This document shows, piece after piece, positions 23,601 through 38,230 of a stretch of DNA of 64,000 nt. Made by a program: the position numbers and the translations under genes. Below the pieces are notes generated by a model. It worked only from the letters and a program-made list of their open reading frames with translations. It was not told where the DNA came from and did not search any database. The stretch covers positions 421,641 to 485,640 of the forward strand of contig NW_018403528.1 of assembly GCF_002113885.1 (NCBI RefSeq), written 5' to 3'. Numbering within the stretch: the stretch's first letter is position 1; each line of letters starts with the position of its first letter. This stretch comes from Mizuhopecten yessoensis (lineage: Eukaryota).

Positions 23601-26600
23601 GACTGATAAGCTGCAGTGACAACTTCCAGAGTTTGTGACAGATCGGGGCGAGGTAAACGTCTTCACCCCAGCACCGACTTACACATCGCCACAAGGTCAA
23701 GGTCACATTGAGATGGAACAAGTCTTGGTCTGAAAGGATCGCAAATACAACAGTTTAGTAACAACATGTTGAAATATTCTGTAAAAGACTTGTTTTAGCA
23801 GCACATGTATTCCTACGTTAGCAGTTTTTCTTGTCTCAAACCTTTTTTTAGCAAAACGCTCATAAAAAGTTAACGCAAAGTCAACATAATACTGACATCT
23901 CATCTTTTAAGATATTTGAGTTTTTGGAGTGCTTGGGGATTCCAGACAGACCAGAGACATAACATTATAATTTACTGTTGTAGATAACTATGGTAAGTGT
24001 AGGCCCTTATACTGTCCAAACAGTTCTTGTCTGAAATTTTATATCGAATAAACAAATATTCTAGATTAATTGTAAAAGAATTTAAATATCAAAACGTGCA
24101 GAAACTGTTGCTGTTTCACAGACTGTCACTGTTAAATGTCTGGGTGCTGACGAGGTGTCGAGGCATGTGTCCCTATATAAACTTGTAACACTCACCAGCA
24201 GAATTGTTGAAGGCCGTACAAAGTGAGGTCTCTAGAGAACCCGCCATCTCTTGGAACCTGAAAACCAAATAATATACAAAACATGACCATGGTAACCAAA
24301 GGTCATACTACTTTTTTTTAGAAAAAAATTATTGTTCAGTAATCCTAAACTGCAAGTTATGTTTACATTTTAAAGGTTAGCTATACCGTAAAATTTCTAT
24401 AAAATGCCCCTCAATTCATGGCACCTTCTTATACCCCAAATGTATTTGAAGGTCCCCTTTTGGGTTTTACTAACAAGACTTTTATTCATCTCCCTAAATA
24501 CCGACAAACCCCTTTATAATATGACACATTTCCTCAACAAATGTTGGCAGCATAATACTGGCTTAGGTGGGAAATTTCGAACGCCTGAAAACTGGGAACT
24601 CAATTGAAAGAATATAGTAGTGGTTATTGATAATGAGGGCGGTTTTGGATAAATAAATGACCCATTAATCGCTATATGTGATGTTGGTGGTGCGCCATAG
24701 TAGATTTTTGCTGCCAGCACCTCAAAACTTAGCACTACTAAACGCTGTCGAAGAATCTGCAGATGTTTACCTGATTTGGTAATATACAGGCAAGCTCCAC
24801 TTGTTGATAAATATATGGTAACTAGGATGTTCCCTCAGTCTTCGTACACTGGCCTGAGACCCACATAGAGCTTCAAAGTCATCCAAAAACTTCATACTAA
24901 CCAGGAATTTCTGATGACAAAAGAAATATACAAAACTATGTAGAATCAGTTATCGAATTTAAACAGCCCAATGAAGAAATATATGGACATGTTATTTTGT
25001 TATAGATGACTTAAACTCATGAATGGATTTATTTTGATTTCTAAATACATGTAATATGTTTACCAAGAAAGTCAGACTGTGGTTTGAATTTACATCAATT
25101 ATGTTTTTTAATTATTCCCTGAAAATTTAAAATCATTCTTTGAACATATCTTGCAGCTTTGCTACTCTTTCCTCAAATTTAGCAACCATATGACTTCATA
25201 GAAGGTTAATATTATGAGTAGTCTCCCTTTGATCATCATACATTGAAGGTTTTCTTCATATTTCCTATATATCTCAATATTTTGCCACATTCCTTTATAA
25301 TTTCAAAATTTGGGTGAAAAATTTGTGGCAGTATAACGAGGTTAATGTCAAGATTTATTATAAATAATTATGGTAAGACATCATGACAAACGACCTCTCT
25401 CTTACATCATGAAAAGTATTTGGGTTCCCAGGTGCAAAAATGGACGGTGTCCTGGCCTCAATGTTACTGACCACCTCAGGCCACACAGCATTGACCATAA
25501 AGTCGTAGCCTCGCACACTCTCCATAGCACTATAACACAAACACTTAACATTTATCTGGATATTACAAAATATTCAGCATTTACAGTGAGTTTCCACATG
25601 TAAAGAACAGTTGTGAATTCCTAATAACTTGTATCTCTCTATAGTGCTTTATATCTTATAACACATACAAGTACATAGCGAGAAAAAATCTGATAAAAAA
25701 ATTGTACATTAATAGCAATATTCCAACTGCAACTCCAACAAACCTATTTAGAGCCATGTCTACTCTATTAATGCTGTCTGTACTGTTGTCTCTAGATTAT
25801 TAACAACTGGGTAAGATCTTGTCAGTACAAGCTCTGCCTACTTCTCACCTAGCTGTCTTACCTTTTTCCATGAGGAAATGATGGAAGTCACTGAGGGAGT
25901 TAGTCTGCACCCCCCTCAAAAAAGCCAAGGACTATCAGGGTTTTAGTTTTCGTACTATAAACAGCTGACAAAGGACTAACTCCCTATACAGCGAGGTTAG
26001 GACAAAGAAGAGATATAGTCAATTTAACAACTTACTTTATTTTGAGTGAATTAACTACATGTAGGTTTATATCAATATTTTATCTTTAAAACCAAAATGT
26101 ACTCAAAAAACTCATTTTTACTTAAATTGACTCTAACCAAGCCAGAAACCTATTTTGAAAACCTATCGTTGTGTTGATATTACAATACCTACCATTGGTG
26201 ATCCATCCTTGAAGGCACAAAATAAAAGATAAACAACAAACTTGATATACAGATTAGATCACACACACATTCACTGTTTGTTGTTTAACCAGTTTTATAC
26301 TAACATAAATATTTGTAATTTGTGTTTTTGAGTTATTGCCTTTAAATGCTTGTATACTTGTGTACCTTTCAAACTTGTCCTTAATTAACTTAGCTCAAAT
26401 TATCGCTGATGAAAGATCTGTCATAGGTTTTGTAGTATGGAACTCTTACTATCATGACATATTTGCCTGTAGATAAATTTTGTTAGCAGTCCTAATATGA
26501 GACTCTATCGTGCCTAGGGGTGTAGGATAGGGGAATGCCACCCAAGGGGTTTTCAAATTGGGTAAAACCTGATGGTTACAGAGGGTTTTGCGCCAATTTG

Positions 26601-29600
26601 AAAACTTCAAGATACAAATTTCCTATCCTACATCCCAGGGGCATGACAGAGTATTTATTTCTCATTTCAATCACCAAGAAACCATGAAAAGGCATCAGCT
26701 GTTTCTGCATCATGACATCAGAATGTTTCCAATTTTGTTGCGTCATGTAACTGTTGTGCCATTGTGACATCATGGCACTGTTGTGCCATTGTGACATCAT
26801 GTCACTGTTGTGCCATTGTGACATCATGTCACTGTTGTGCCATTGTGACGTCATGTCACTGTTGTGCCATTGTGACGTCATGTTACTGTTGTGCCATTGC
26901 GACATCATACATGTGAAATTTCTCTCATTTCCCTGTGTGTAAGATAGATCGGTCCAGGGTAAGAAAGGGGTGTAGAAAATTTCTATCTTACACCCCATTT
27001 CACGCAACATGACGTCACAATGGCTCAACAATGACGTGACGTCATGAATTTGGAATTCTCCGATGCGGCAATGTGGAAAAGGCGACGTGATGAAATTAAA
27101 ACCTTTTAAGATATATTAACCATACACGTTAGAAAGATGTAATTAGTTTTTCAGTGCAAACATTGTTTGCAAATATGGGATATGCTCAATCTGGCTGGCT
27201 AATTCGTTTTCGTCTGAAAAGCTCAGGGGGAAAATTGATATTTTCAAAATGGTGGCCAGTCCAAAAGCATTTTCATGGTTTCTGAGCTTATTCTGGTGGT
27301 TGGAATGAGAGAAGGGCGGAATTTCCCTATCCTACACCCCTGTGCATGAAAGAGTCTTATAGTCTTATACTTCTTTCTTGCCCTGGACAGCTGTCATATC
27401 GGCATAAGAATGAGAGAAATTTCTATCATGATATTTTTGTTTGCAGCAAGGAATTGCTATCATGATATTTGTTAATAAATGTTTTTTGTGGATTGAAGGA
27501 AAATGAAGCTAGCACTACCAATTGGAAAGTATACAGCTAGAAATTCTTTTTTTAAATTGATATATAACAGTAAAAGTCGATAAATAATCAGTATATGGTA
27601 ACTTAATATAACTTTTATACCTATGTGTCTCGTTAAACTTACCCCATACGACCCCCTGTGGTGACCTCCCTGAGAATGCCACAGTGCTGGGGTACAAAGT
27701 CCAGGATCTGCTGGAACATGCCCTTTAGACCTGGTCGGCCCCCTGTGGACTTCACATTCTGCTCATTGATCACCTGGTCACATAGCATAGAAATTAGGAA
27801 GATCAAAAATATAAGAATATTGAATGTAACATTTTTTTTTTAATTCTGCCCTTTTTGAATAATGCAGATTTTAATTAAATCAAGATCATTATTCCCATCC
27901 TCTATGACAAATCATTACGGGTATATAAAGGTATTAAACGGAAGAGGAATGACATTTGTTAAGATATCAATCTGGAATTCTTTCTATAAAAGTCAATGAC
28001 ATCAGAAATCATGCACAATGTTAGCATAATTTATTTTATGTAATTCCATTTGTATTTCAAACAAAGAAAGAGTACAGTTAGAAACTCAGACATTAGATAC
28101 CCTACCTCCTCCATGTAGGGTCGGACCTTCTCCTTTCGGAACAAGTTCTCTACATCCTGTATCTTGTCTATGAGGGCGTAGGTCCGGAGACACTGCTGGA
28201 GTATCTCTGTGTTTCCAGTGTCCAATCCCTCCAGGAAGTGACCCTCAAGACTTATTTGTAGTGTGCTTGTAATATTGGAAATTCTCTGTGATACAAGAAA
28301 TATTTTACAATGAATTCTTGTTAGTGTTGATACCTCAGTTTCTGATAGAAACATCTGGAATGTCCATGAGAGGAAATCCAGTTTCCAAATTTTTGTTTTT
28401 CAAGATTTATAAAGTCAAGATTACAATTTCTTGAAAAAAGTTCCACTTATTTAAGACTTAACTTTCTAAAAAAAAAAAGTTTTTGTCACAAAATATGTAT
28501 TATTTAGTTACATGTATATGTATTCAATTTAAGTTTTTAATATGCAGAGAACATTCATTATTCCTTGATATATACCATTGCAAAGTATGGGTGAAAACAT
28601 GAAGTTTTCTGGGAAAGAAGTGAAATATATTATGATACTCATAACATTATGTTTTCTCAGAAGTTAACTTTTTCACAAACCCTTCCCACACTATGTCAAC
28701 TTTGAGATGACATCTTCCCTGATAGATACGTTTTTTACTTTCTTATTTATAGAATGTAAACCTTTGAAATGTCTAATATTACCTTATTTTGCTTTAGTAT
28801 TTTATTAATATTATAAGTTATCAAACTTATGTAAGTGTATGGCAATGCACTTAATGTTATTGGGGTTTCTTTATAGTAGGAATTCAATCCCACAAATACC
28901 TGTAAAAAGGGATTTATAATCAGGAGGACGCTTTTTAAATAAGGAACGTTCATGAAACTGGGACTTGTAGCACTGTAGACCTGATGATTTCATGGCCACC
29001 TTGGAAATGATTACGATGATTACCTTGGAAAGTATTAGTTTTAACTAGTAACCTTGCACAGACTGACAGAGGCAATATTTATCTCAAAATACATTTCACA
29101 CTGTGACATCATGGTTACTTACTGGTCGTATTCGTTCCACTAGGGGGAGCCCTGTACTCTTGATGACATAAAATTGAAGTTTGTTGAACTCATTGGCCAC
29201 TCTTTCTATCAATGGACCATTCAGCTGGCTGTCAAAGATACCATAACACATTAAAAATTATAATATATATTTAAGAAAACATTTAATGTACAGTATATGT
29301 TAGCTATCATACAAGAGGCCAAGAGGGCCTGTATCGCTCACCTAGATATCTAAGCAATCACAGCAAAATAAGATCCAAATAAGATCCAAAGGAATGGGCC
29401 AGACTCCTAGGCCAATCCATGTAGTATATCTGTATTAGAATTTTCATGCCCAGCAATTTATGTATAGTTATGCGGTAGGGATCTCAACTATTTCCAAGCT
29501 GTGACTCAGAAACAAGGTCCCTAGGGGTTTGGCCAGACCCCAGGGTCTATTCTAATATCATGACTGCGTTCGTCTCTTTATGCCCAGCATTTGTATATAG

Positions 29601-32600
29601 TTTTATGGTGGGGATCTCAACTGTTTCAAAGTTATGACCCAGTGGTTAAGTTTGCAAGGGTGGGGCAGACCCCGGGGTCAATTCTAATATCAATACTGCA
29701 TTCGTCTCTTTATACTCAACAATTGAATATATAGTTTTGGGGTGAGGATCTCAACCATTTCAAAGTTATGACCCAGGGACTATGTCTCCAAGGGTGGGGC
29801 CAGACTCCAGGGCCATCCCAGAAGCATATGTGCATTCTTTTCTTTATACTCAGCAATTGTAAATAGGTTGGGAATCTCAACCATTTCCAAGTAATAATCT
29901 ATTTTTGACCCCACCCCTTAGCAAGGAGGGTCAGCCCCACTATTTGTACAGTTTTGAATTCCTGCCTCCCATGAATACTTCTAACCAAAATGATTGATAT
30001 CCAGTGCATAGTTCTACAAAAGAAGTCGTTTTTAGCAATATAGCCAAATTACCCACTTTTGGCCCTGCCCCTCAGCCTCCTGGGAGATCAGCTCCACTAT
30101 TTGTACAATTTTGAATCTCCACTACCTAGGGATGCTTCAAGTCAAATATGATTGATACCCATGTCTTAGTTCCAGAGAAGAAGTTGCTTAAAGCAGTATA
30201 GACAAATAAACCTTTTTGGCCCCGCCACTCAGCCCCCTTGGGGGGGGGGGGGGGGGGGGGGTGTCAACCCCACCATTTGTACAATGTTGAATCCCCACTA
30301 CCTAGGGATGCTTCCAGTCAAATATGGTTGATATCCATCACCTATTTCCAGAGAAGAAGTCGTTTAAAGTAATAAAGCCAAATTGCCCCCACTCTTCAGC
30401 CCCACCATTTGTACAATGTGTAATCCCCACCATGCTTCCAGTCAAATTTAGATAAATTCCAATCAGTGGTTAAGAATTAGTTGTTTGAAAGAATTGTTGA
30501 CAAACGGACGACTGACGCCACGGTATGGCATAAGCTCACCTTGGTCCTTCGGACCTGGTGAGCTAATCATTACCATTTTCCTGATTTGTTTATTTTGATT
30601 CACAAGAGTACAGGGGGAATTTTTTTTTATAGAAAAATGACAAAACAGCTGGCAAATCATAGCTAAATAACATCTATAAACATGTTACTTTAGATAAGAA
30701 TTTGAACATTTTAAAAATATCCCTTTTTTGTTTAATTTGTTTTTATACTATTTTGTACCGCAGTATTGCCATGGGCTGCATAGTTCTAGGTTAAACTGGT
30801 ATATATGGATAACACTGTAAACTAGCTACAACTTACGCCTGGATTATCTCCCCTCCTTCTCCACTGTGTATCCCCAGGAGTCTCTCAATTTTCTCTACAG
30901 ACTGTACAATGTTCATCAATCTCTGGAGACACGCCTGAGACAAAAAAGTTTATGTAAAATACAGTGTTCTCCACAATAAAGCCAATGAATTGGTGAAAAA
31001 TTATTAAACCACCAATTTTATAATATGCACTGATTTGTTTGATTTTAACAAAATAATTTAATCGACAAAAGTCAGTCAGGTCAGACCATTTTGTAATTTT
31101 GGGAAAACACTGATAAGTGAAAGTGGAGTATGATATGAGTTCAGGAAGGTTTACAACAGACATACACTGGGAAAATTTGGCCTAACTTAACATTATCTGT
31201 TTAAAAGTTCACAAAGTTGGACAATGCCTTACTGCACATTTTACACATATGATTGTGTACAAAAAATAATATCTTCTGAGCACTTGGTTATCCTAAAATA
31301 CTGGTGAAAACACTGAAATCATGACTCTTATTCACTGTGTGGTAATCGCATAATGTATTTCTTATAAAATAATGAAATGTGTTTACTACCTGTTTAATCT
31401 ACGATCTCCTGTACAATAAGTGACAGTATCTCTGATAGGAGTTTTACCTTTTTCTGTCTGATCTGTTCTCGCTGTTTCAGTTTCTGTTCTACTGCAGAGA
31501 TAGCTTGGTCCATGGCAATCTTCACAGTCTGCGAAAAAATGTTTATCTTCAAGTAAATATTCATTACATTTATCTTCAAGTGAATATCAATTAATTTTCA
31601 GAAAGTATCAAATTTACTATTTAAACATTAGCATAGTACTTGTAAAGGTTTGTCCAGATCAGACCTACACAAATTGTGTGGTTCAGGTGACCCTACTATT
31701 TTCATTTTCTTTCTCTTTCTATTTGAAAATCGAGCATAAGAGAAACTGTCCCAAATTCCATTTTCAACATCTTGGTAGTGTATTGAATAAGCTTTATCAA
31801 GAGTTCCCTAGAACTTTACTGACATGCATATATTACATAAATCATAAAATTAAAAAACAAAATTTTAGCCAACTGAAATTTTTGAAATGATGAAACCAAT
31901 ACACACATGTATTTTTAGACCGAAATAGTAGAGAAATAGAGAACCCCTGAAGTAGGATAGGTAATCTTCAATTTCAAAAGAGCATTTACAACTAAATTTC
32001 ATGGGTGAAAAAATCAAAAAGTAGTCCAGATTTCTGTTAACTTCTCAACATTATATACTATACTACGTATACCTTATACACCTAACCTGCACGGTCTGTA
32101 AGGTTTATCTCCCTTAGAAAATCAATCTCTTATCCGAGTGATGTCAATGCATCCAACAGTAGAAAGCTGAAAGGTACATAAAGTATAAAGCCTTAAAGGA
32201 TTTCCAATACCAACTGGAAGGTTGCTGTCGTTTTAATAAAATAATAAAAAGCACTCACCATGACTTGATCTTTCAGTTCACATAAAGGTGTTGTGAGGTT
32301 ACCAATGGCTTTGTCCATCCCAACCTAAATTGGTACAGCTTCATTAATTACTGGCACTGACAGTTCAAATAAACATATTTTTTTTGGGTATAATTTGTTA
32401 TTTTTGAATGTATGTGTAAATATCTTTGGAGCATTCATGAACAACACTATTTAGATTAATATTAGCTGATAACCTCATTAAATACATTCACTCGAATATG
32501 TGTGTTTTCCTTAGAAACTTACTAAGATGGCTACAAGGGTATTTTCCTGGACACATATGAACAAAACAAACTGTTTTGTGTGCTCTTCATTAATTAAGTC

Positions 32601-34054
32601 AAATTAAAAAGAGGCTGAGCTTTAATACTGAACATCAGTTTATGATAACAGTTAGGAAATATGTGTGACATATTTTCATGATGTACCAGGTTCGAGGACA
32701 GGTTGACAAAGTCTGCATAGTCTTTGTTTATGAGTTCAATCATTGCACTCCTAAGAATCTTGAGGTAAGTAGATAGGTCGTCCCTCAGAGTCTCCAGTGG
32801 TACACGGCGTCGGCACTCCATCACAAATGTGTCAACATCAAACGAGTCCTAAAAGCACAAATACTACAGATTGCTTTCTTGACAATTGTGTCATGCTACA
32901 TTTATCAATATAATAAGTTAGACACCCTCATATTTACATACAAGTATTAACAACAAAATGTAGTGTAAAAGCTTGATACAATGAAAATGTTTTTAATCCC
33001 TGTCCAACCAGAGTCCCATGCATGCTGGCAGGATATTCTAGATCTGCTGACAACATATCAAGTGAGACATTCATATGTCTCTACAAGCTTAAGCCTTCCA
33101 TCAACTGCCTTCAACTACAATATACATATGAAATAGACAAGAACTCCAATTAGTATTTTAAAAATTAGTTTTACTTTTCAAACAGTGTGAATAAAATAAC
33201 AACATTTCTGATGTTGAATGGACATGGCAGTACATATCGTGAATACTAGTGTTCAAACAGCGAGATATGTTTAGTTATAATATATAAATTAACCAAATGT
33301 GAGGTAGTACAGGCCTGCCTGCAGTGTCAGAGAAAAAATATTATAAATGGATGGTACATGTACAAGCATCAATCACAATGAAGCAGTCCAAAATAATTGT
33401 CGATCCCTTTGATGGGGTCGAAAATAGTCAGTTATTTCGGACTACCAGGGAAAATCCTGGAATTTTGAGAGCAGTTGGTCATTTCAGCAAATTTGTGTCA
33501 CTTATCAAAATTAATAGGGGCCATTCTATGCAAAATTAAAAGAAAGTTGAACCATGGAGGGGTCAATTTTTAAGTTTTGAGGGGCCAATGGAGCCATGGC
33601 CCTTCCAGGATTATCCCTGACCTTGGACTACCAGAAAAGGGCCAGGGGCTTTAAACACTGAATATTGAAGCACACTTTTAAATTCTATTATTGTATGCAT
33701 TACATAGTATATATGTAAAACATATCATTATCTCAGTAAAACAGGCTGGTGCTTGCTCCTTATTTGTACTGTATCTGTACATTATTGTATGTTGATATTT
33801 CCATAAAGACACCTTTTAGGGAAGTTTACTGAAACTTCTATTATTCCAGTACCGAAACGTCCTGGTCAGCTGGTGTCGAAAAGTCGGAACCATTGGTCTT
33901 TCCGTAGACCGTTTTAACTAGCCAAGCACGTTCCCACCAAAGTAACCTGAACCAATACTTCACTAACCTTCATGAACATGTCGTTGTCGAAACACAAGGA
34001 CGCTGGCCCACTCGGAAGGGGCAGATATTTCGCTGGTTCACCGGGACCCGTCAT
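17648..34054 (-). CDS. COG2: Conserved oligomeric Golgi complex subunit 2, 18 exons, 745 aa: complement(join(17648..17746,18095..18266,18896..19032,20200..20345,20937..21012,21363..21566,23563..23729,24196..24257,24771..24910,25406..25529,27643..27773,28106..28285,29123..29228,30837..30934,31448..31528,32259..32324,32687..32848,33968..34054))
   Basis: All introns are GT-AG, phases are compatible and the total is 2238 nt. Peptides match recalled COG2 motifs: [120 protein letters not shown]. Confidence 0.96.
19292..19782. mobile_element. Tc1/mariner-type MITE (TA TSD) with nested retroelement fragment
   Basis: TA|CAGTCAACCCTG...CAGGTTTGACTG|TA. Internal 19380-19450 resembles a LINE/SINE 3' tail on the minus strand (TGTAAAGCGCTTTAGAG...GCGCTATATCAAAT). 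Confidence 0.65.
20368..20790 (+). repeat. Degenerate AGGTCA-rich tandem repeat in COG2 intron 14
   Basis: Recurrent GGTCATAGGTCAACAGGTCAT.TACTTCAGTAC units. Confidence 0.65.
21645..21895 (+). mobile_element. 3' fragment of a HINE-like element in COG2 intron 12
   Basis: One core unit similar to 5341-6965, plus terminal GTGAGCGATACAGGCCCTCTGGGCCTCTTGTT. Confidence 0.7.
22872..23562 (+). repeat. 44-bp minisatellite, ~16 copies, abutting the COG2 exon-12 splice donor
   Basis: Unit CACTGATAAGAGGCACTAATACATGACCTGGTACAACTTTACCA. Confidence 0.93.
26498..27360. mobile_element. Foldback/TIR element containing a 27-bp minisatellite, COG2 intron 8
   Basis: GAGACTCTATCGTGCCTAGGGGTGTAGGATAGGGGAATGCC vs GGCGGAATTTCCCTATCCTACACCCCTGTGCATGAAAGAGTCTT inverted termini; ends approximate. 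Confidence 0.55.
26748..26910 (+). repeat. 27-bp minisatellite, ~6 copies
   Basis: Unit CACTGTTGTGCCATTGTGACATCATGT. Confidence 0.9.
29311..30566 (-). mobile_element. Full-length HINE-like element in COG2 intron 5
   Basis: Left end ACAAGAGGCCAAGAGGGCCTGTATCGCTCACCT and right end GGCATAAGCTCACCTTGGTCCTTCGGACCTGGTGAGCTAA are reverse complements of the HINE termini; two kinds of internal tandem repeats. Confidence 0.8.
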
Positions 34055-35149
34055 CTTAGTTGGTTCTTTCGTTCTTGATGATGTTGTATACCGGAAACGA
34101 TTGAAGGGACACTACTCTGAACCAAAATCGCCACGTCTGCGCGATTGGGTAATACTATTGTCAGGAATGTATCCAAACTGATCATGTCAGCAAACTGAAA
34201 TGGAGCTATGTTCAGACAGAGACATATACAGACATGTAGTATGTACGTCTCTGGTTCAGGAGATGAAAAGATACTATAAAAGAAGAAGAAACATTTCAAG
34301 TATTTTCGTTATCTCTCATATAGTGAACCGAACATAAATACATTTACATTTTCTGCGCCACATTTGGCTAAGGGATTTGAAGAGACAGACAACAGAGACG
34401 TATAATAAATATGTCCGTTCAGCATACCTGAAAAGTATGTCTTGTTTTTGAGAAAATGCTTCTTTTTTGAAAATTTGTGACGGTTTTCCTTTCATCTCAG
34501 CCCCATTACAAAAAAGTTAGGACGGGAGATTTTGGGATTAGATGATGATCTTTATGTAGTTTTAAATTCTAATGTCATCTTGTCTGAAGATCACACATCA
34601 CGTGACCTCGTACAGAGTTCAAAATATGCATATTTACTAGGCTATAGATGGGGCGTCACCTGGCCTGTCTATCATCTGAGTGACGAGAGAGACATGCTCT
34701 CAGTCACTACACGTATTATTGCATCAAATGACCGTATAATATGAAATAATGAAAAATCGTGGTAAAAAAATCCTATAAGAGGTATCCTAGGTTACATACT
34801 GCCCATTCTATTCTAGTCCGTCATTCTTACTTTAACAAATTTCTTAATTTGAATGCAATAGTGAAAAAGTAATTAGGACTAATTTTGTTAACAAGTTTTT
34901 TTTATCTGTGATATGTAGTGCTCCGTTTATATTATCCTATCCATGAATCAGTGCTATGATGATTTCTGAGATCTTTTAACATTTTTTACCAGCAGTAACT
35001 TAATCATGTCTTATCTAAGTCATGTTTTACTTGATATATTGCATGTGTACTACAGTATATTATATCCCTGAATAAACATCATTATTTTTTTTATTATTTT
35101 AATAATATCTAAGAGTCCATGATGTTTTACTGTAAATAATAATATTGTA

Positions 35150-38100
35150 GGGAAAGTTGTATAAGTTAGTCCCAACGCTGGTCTGTTGTAGGAGATGATG
35201 GACGGGGACTTCTACTAGGTTATTGATGATTTTGTAGAACATGATGTTCCTATTTCTCACTCTTCAATGTTCTAGTGGTTCCCAGTTTAGTTGCTGAAGC
35301 ATGGTAGTAACGCAACCAGGGTCTCGGGAGTAGTAATTACCTGTAGAAAATAGTGCTGCCTGTCTTTGTACGTTTTCGATTTGTTGCATTTGATGGTATT
35401 GGTATGGTGCCCAGACTACAGATGTGTATTCCAAAACTGGCCTGACTAAGGTCGTGTATGCCTGAGATTTTACTGCTTGCGGACAGTTCCTGAGGTTTCG
35501 TCTCAAGAATCCTACTGTTCTTGAGGCCTTGGCTGTTGTCTGATCAATGTGATCCCGCCACGATAGGTATTGGCTTATGTATACTCCAAGGTACTTTCCA
35601 CCTGGAACTGTCGCAAGAGTGTGGTCATGAAGTTGGAACTCGGTGTCAACTATTTTCCTCTTCTTCGGGATGTGGACGGCGGTACATTTTTCTGGATAGA
35701 ATGCCATTTGCCAGTCTTTTCCCCACTTTTCCAAAGCATTCAAGTCTTCTTGTAGGATCTTACTATCGTTAGATGTTTCTATGTTCCTGTATATCAAGCA
35801 GTCATCCGCAAACAGTTTGACAGAGGAGCTCACAAGTTCAGGCAGGTCGTTGATGAAAGTCAGGAAAAGTAGGGGTCCTATGACCGTTCCCTGTGGAACT
35901 CCTTAATCCACGTCTCCTTCAGATGACTTAGCTCCTTCTACCAATACGTGCTGCTTTCTACTGCTAAGGAAGTTTCCAATCCAGTGGATTCCATAGTAGT
36001 GGACTTTGTGAAGTAGACGTTGACGCGGTACCTTGTCAAAGGCTTTCGCAAAGTCAAGTAGTATAACATCCATCTGTTATCCATTGGAAAGTCCTTCTGC
36101 AAGGTCTTGGATGGTTGCGATAAGCTGTGTTTCACAGGAACGTTTGCTTCGAAATCCGTGCTGGGCGTCTGTAAGTATGTTGTTGGTCTCAAAATGGTTC
36201 AAGATGGTAGAGTGGAGAATGTGCTCACTGACCTAACTGTAGATGGAAGTCAACGAGACTGGCATGTAATTAGCAGCTTTACTCTTGTCTCCTTTCTTAA
36301 AGACTGGTACTACATGTGCCATTTTCCAGTCATCTGGAACAGTTCCGAGATTAATCGAGGTCTGGTAAATGAGACGAAGGGCTGGTGCCAGTTCGTTGGC
36401 CAGATCCTTTAAAAATCTTGCTGGTACTGAGTCTGGTCCTGAAGCTTTGAGGGCTTCAAGTTTTTTAGGAGTTTGTATACACCTGCAGTTGAGATAGTTA
36501 TAGGAGCCATAGATGGAAATGGGCTTGGTCCTTTGTCCGGTATGCTGCTTATGTCCTCTTTGGTGAACACCGATTTAAATTGGTCGTTCAGCATGTTAGC
36601 TTTGGTGGTTGGATCGCTATGAATGAGGCCTTCAGTATTGCGTAATGGGGCTACTCCTGATGATTCCTGTTTCCTGCCTTTGATGAAGGACCAGAACTTC
36701 TTCAGCTTATTTCTTGCTTCTGGGCTGATGACGTCACGAACATATATGTCATGCGCTTGTCGGATGCTCGTCTGGCATTTGGATTTCAGAAGATGGTAGA
36801 GTTTGACATCCTTCTTTTTTCCACTTCCTTTGGCTTTGTGGTATGCTGTTTGTTTCTGGCAAGTTAATTGCCTAGTTGTAATGTTCATCCAAGGGTTGGT
36901 GTACTTGGAGCGTGTTTGTTTGCTTTGGATATGCTTGTCCATGATCGTCAGGATCGAATCCCTGAAGGTGGTCCACATGGTATTAACACATTGATGGGTC
37001 CCTGATGTAAATTTGTTAACAAATACTGTTGTATCAGCCCTCAAATTGGTTATATCAGCTTTTTCCCATAGGAAGATCTTTCTTGGAGATGGCTTGACTC
37101 TTCTTGGCCGAAAAGATAAGCCAATCAATACTGCGTCATGGTCTCCCACTCCTGGTATTGGTTTAATCTTGTCTACTAACGATGGATTGCTGGTCAAGAA
37201 TTTTGTCCTTTCTAGTTGGGAAGTTGACTATTTGTTCTATACCGCAATCGTGGGTTAGATTTATGAAGCTGTTGGATAGTGCTTGTGGATACTGGTTGGA
37301 GGTGGTGGTTAGAGATGGCCAGTCAATATATGATTTCATCAATTACCTGTTGTGCGTATTCATCTGAGGTTTTACTTGGTGGTCTATAGAAGGCAACAAC
37401 TATGATGGACTTGTTCCTGTTGATGTGAAGTTTGATGGCAATAATTTCATGGTCTTGACAGGGGAAAACTGGAGTGCATATGATGTCGTTTATTACAGCA
37501 AAAGGAATACCTCCATATCCATCTGCTCGGTCTCTCCTAAATACATTATAGTTCGGTGGTAGAACTTCTGGGGGGAGAATGTTCCCATTCAGCCAGGTTT
37601 CTGTTCCTTTTATAATTGAAGGTTCGGAATTGACAATAAGGACTTCAATAAGGCGTTTCAGGTACATTGTTTTTTATACTCTGGAGGTTCAGTATAACAG
37701 TTCGCAATGATTGGTAGTTCTTCTTTTGGTTCGATGCTTGACTATTTTTTGGAGAAGACGTGGCTGTTGGGCTACCAGGTGCATGTGTAGATACTGGGCT
37801 TTTCAGTGCTGATGAAACTGCTGAAAGTGAGTGTAAACTTTCAAAGCTGTTACTGTGTACTGAGATGGAGTCATATAAAGTTGTATGGTTTTGTGCATTA
37901 CATGAACTGCATATCCATGTAACTGAAGAGTTGGCAAGGAGGTCATAGTCTGCTGTTGGCATAGACACACATGATACATGGCACCACTTGTCACAGTTGT
38001 CGCAAGCGAGTGCACGTTGACCATATTTCACTGCTTTTGAGCATAACATACACGGGTATTTAGGTGTATATGGGACTGGGTTATATTCTACTTGACTGCT

Positions 38101-38230
38101 GAGAAGGTGGAGTAGTTGAGTGACCTGTGTAGTCTGGACTCGAGTCGCAACCTTCTTTTGTGTGATGTGATAGTACATGGTATGCAAGTCACTAATATGG
38201 ATGTGAACTGGTTAATCGTTAATCTTTATT
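35150..38230 (-). mobile_element. Degenerate non-LTR retrotransposon (CR1/L2-like LINE) with PHD finger, AP endonuclease and reverse transcriptase; frameshifted
   Basis: Colinear minus-strand ORF fragments: PHD (CMLCSKAV...LACDNCDKWCHVSC...WICSSC), endonuclease motifs (ILNLQSIKN, GTETWL, VFRRDRADGYGG, FYRPP, GDHDAV), RT motifs (DFAKAFDKVP, VPQGTVIGPLLFLTFINDL, LFADDCLIYR). Multiple stops and frameshifts; the ends are approximate. Confidence 0.92.

Noticed and set aside
26576-27031. 151-aa ORF with SQWHNSDMM repeats
   Set aside because: 27-bp minisatellite within an intronic foldback element; COG2 splices in frame without it.
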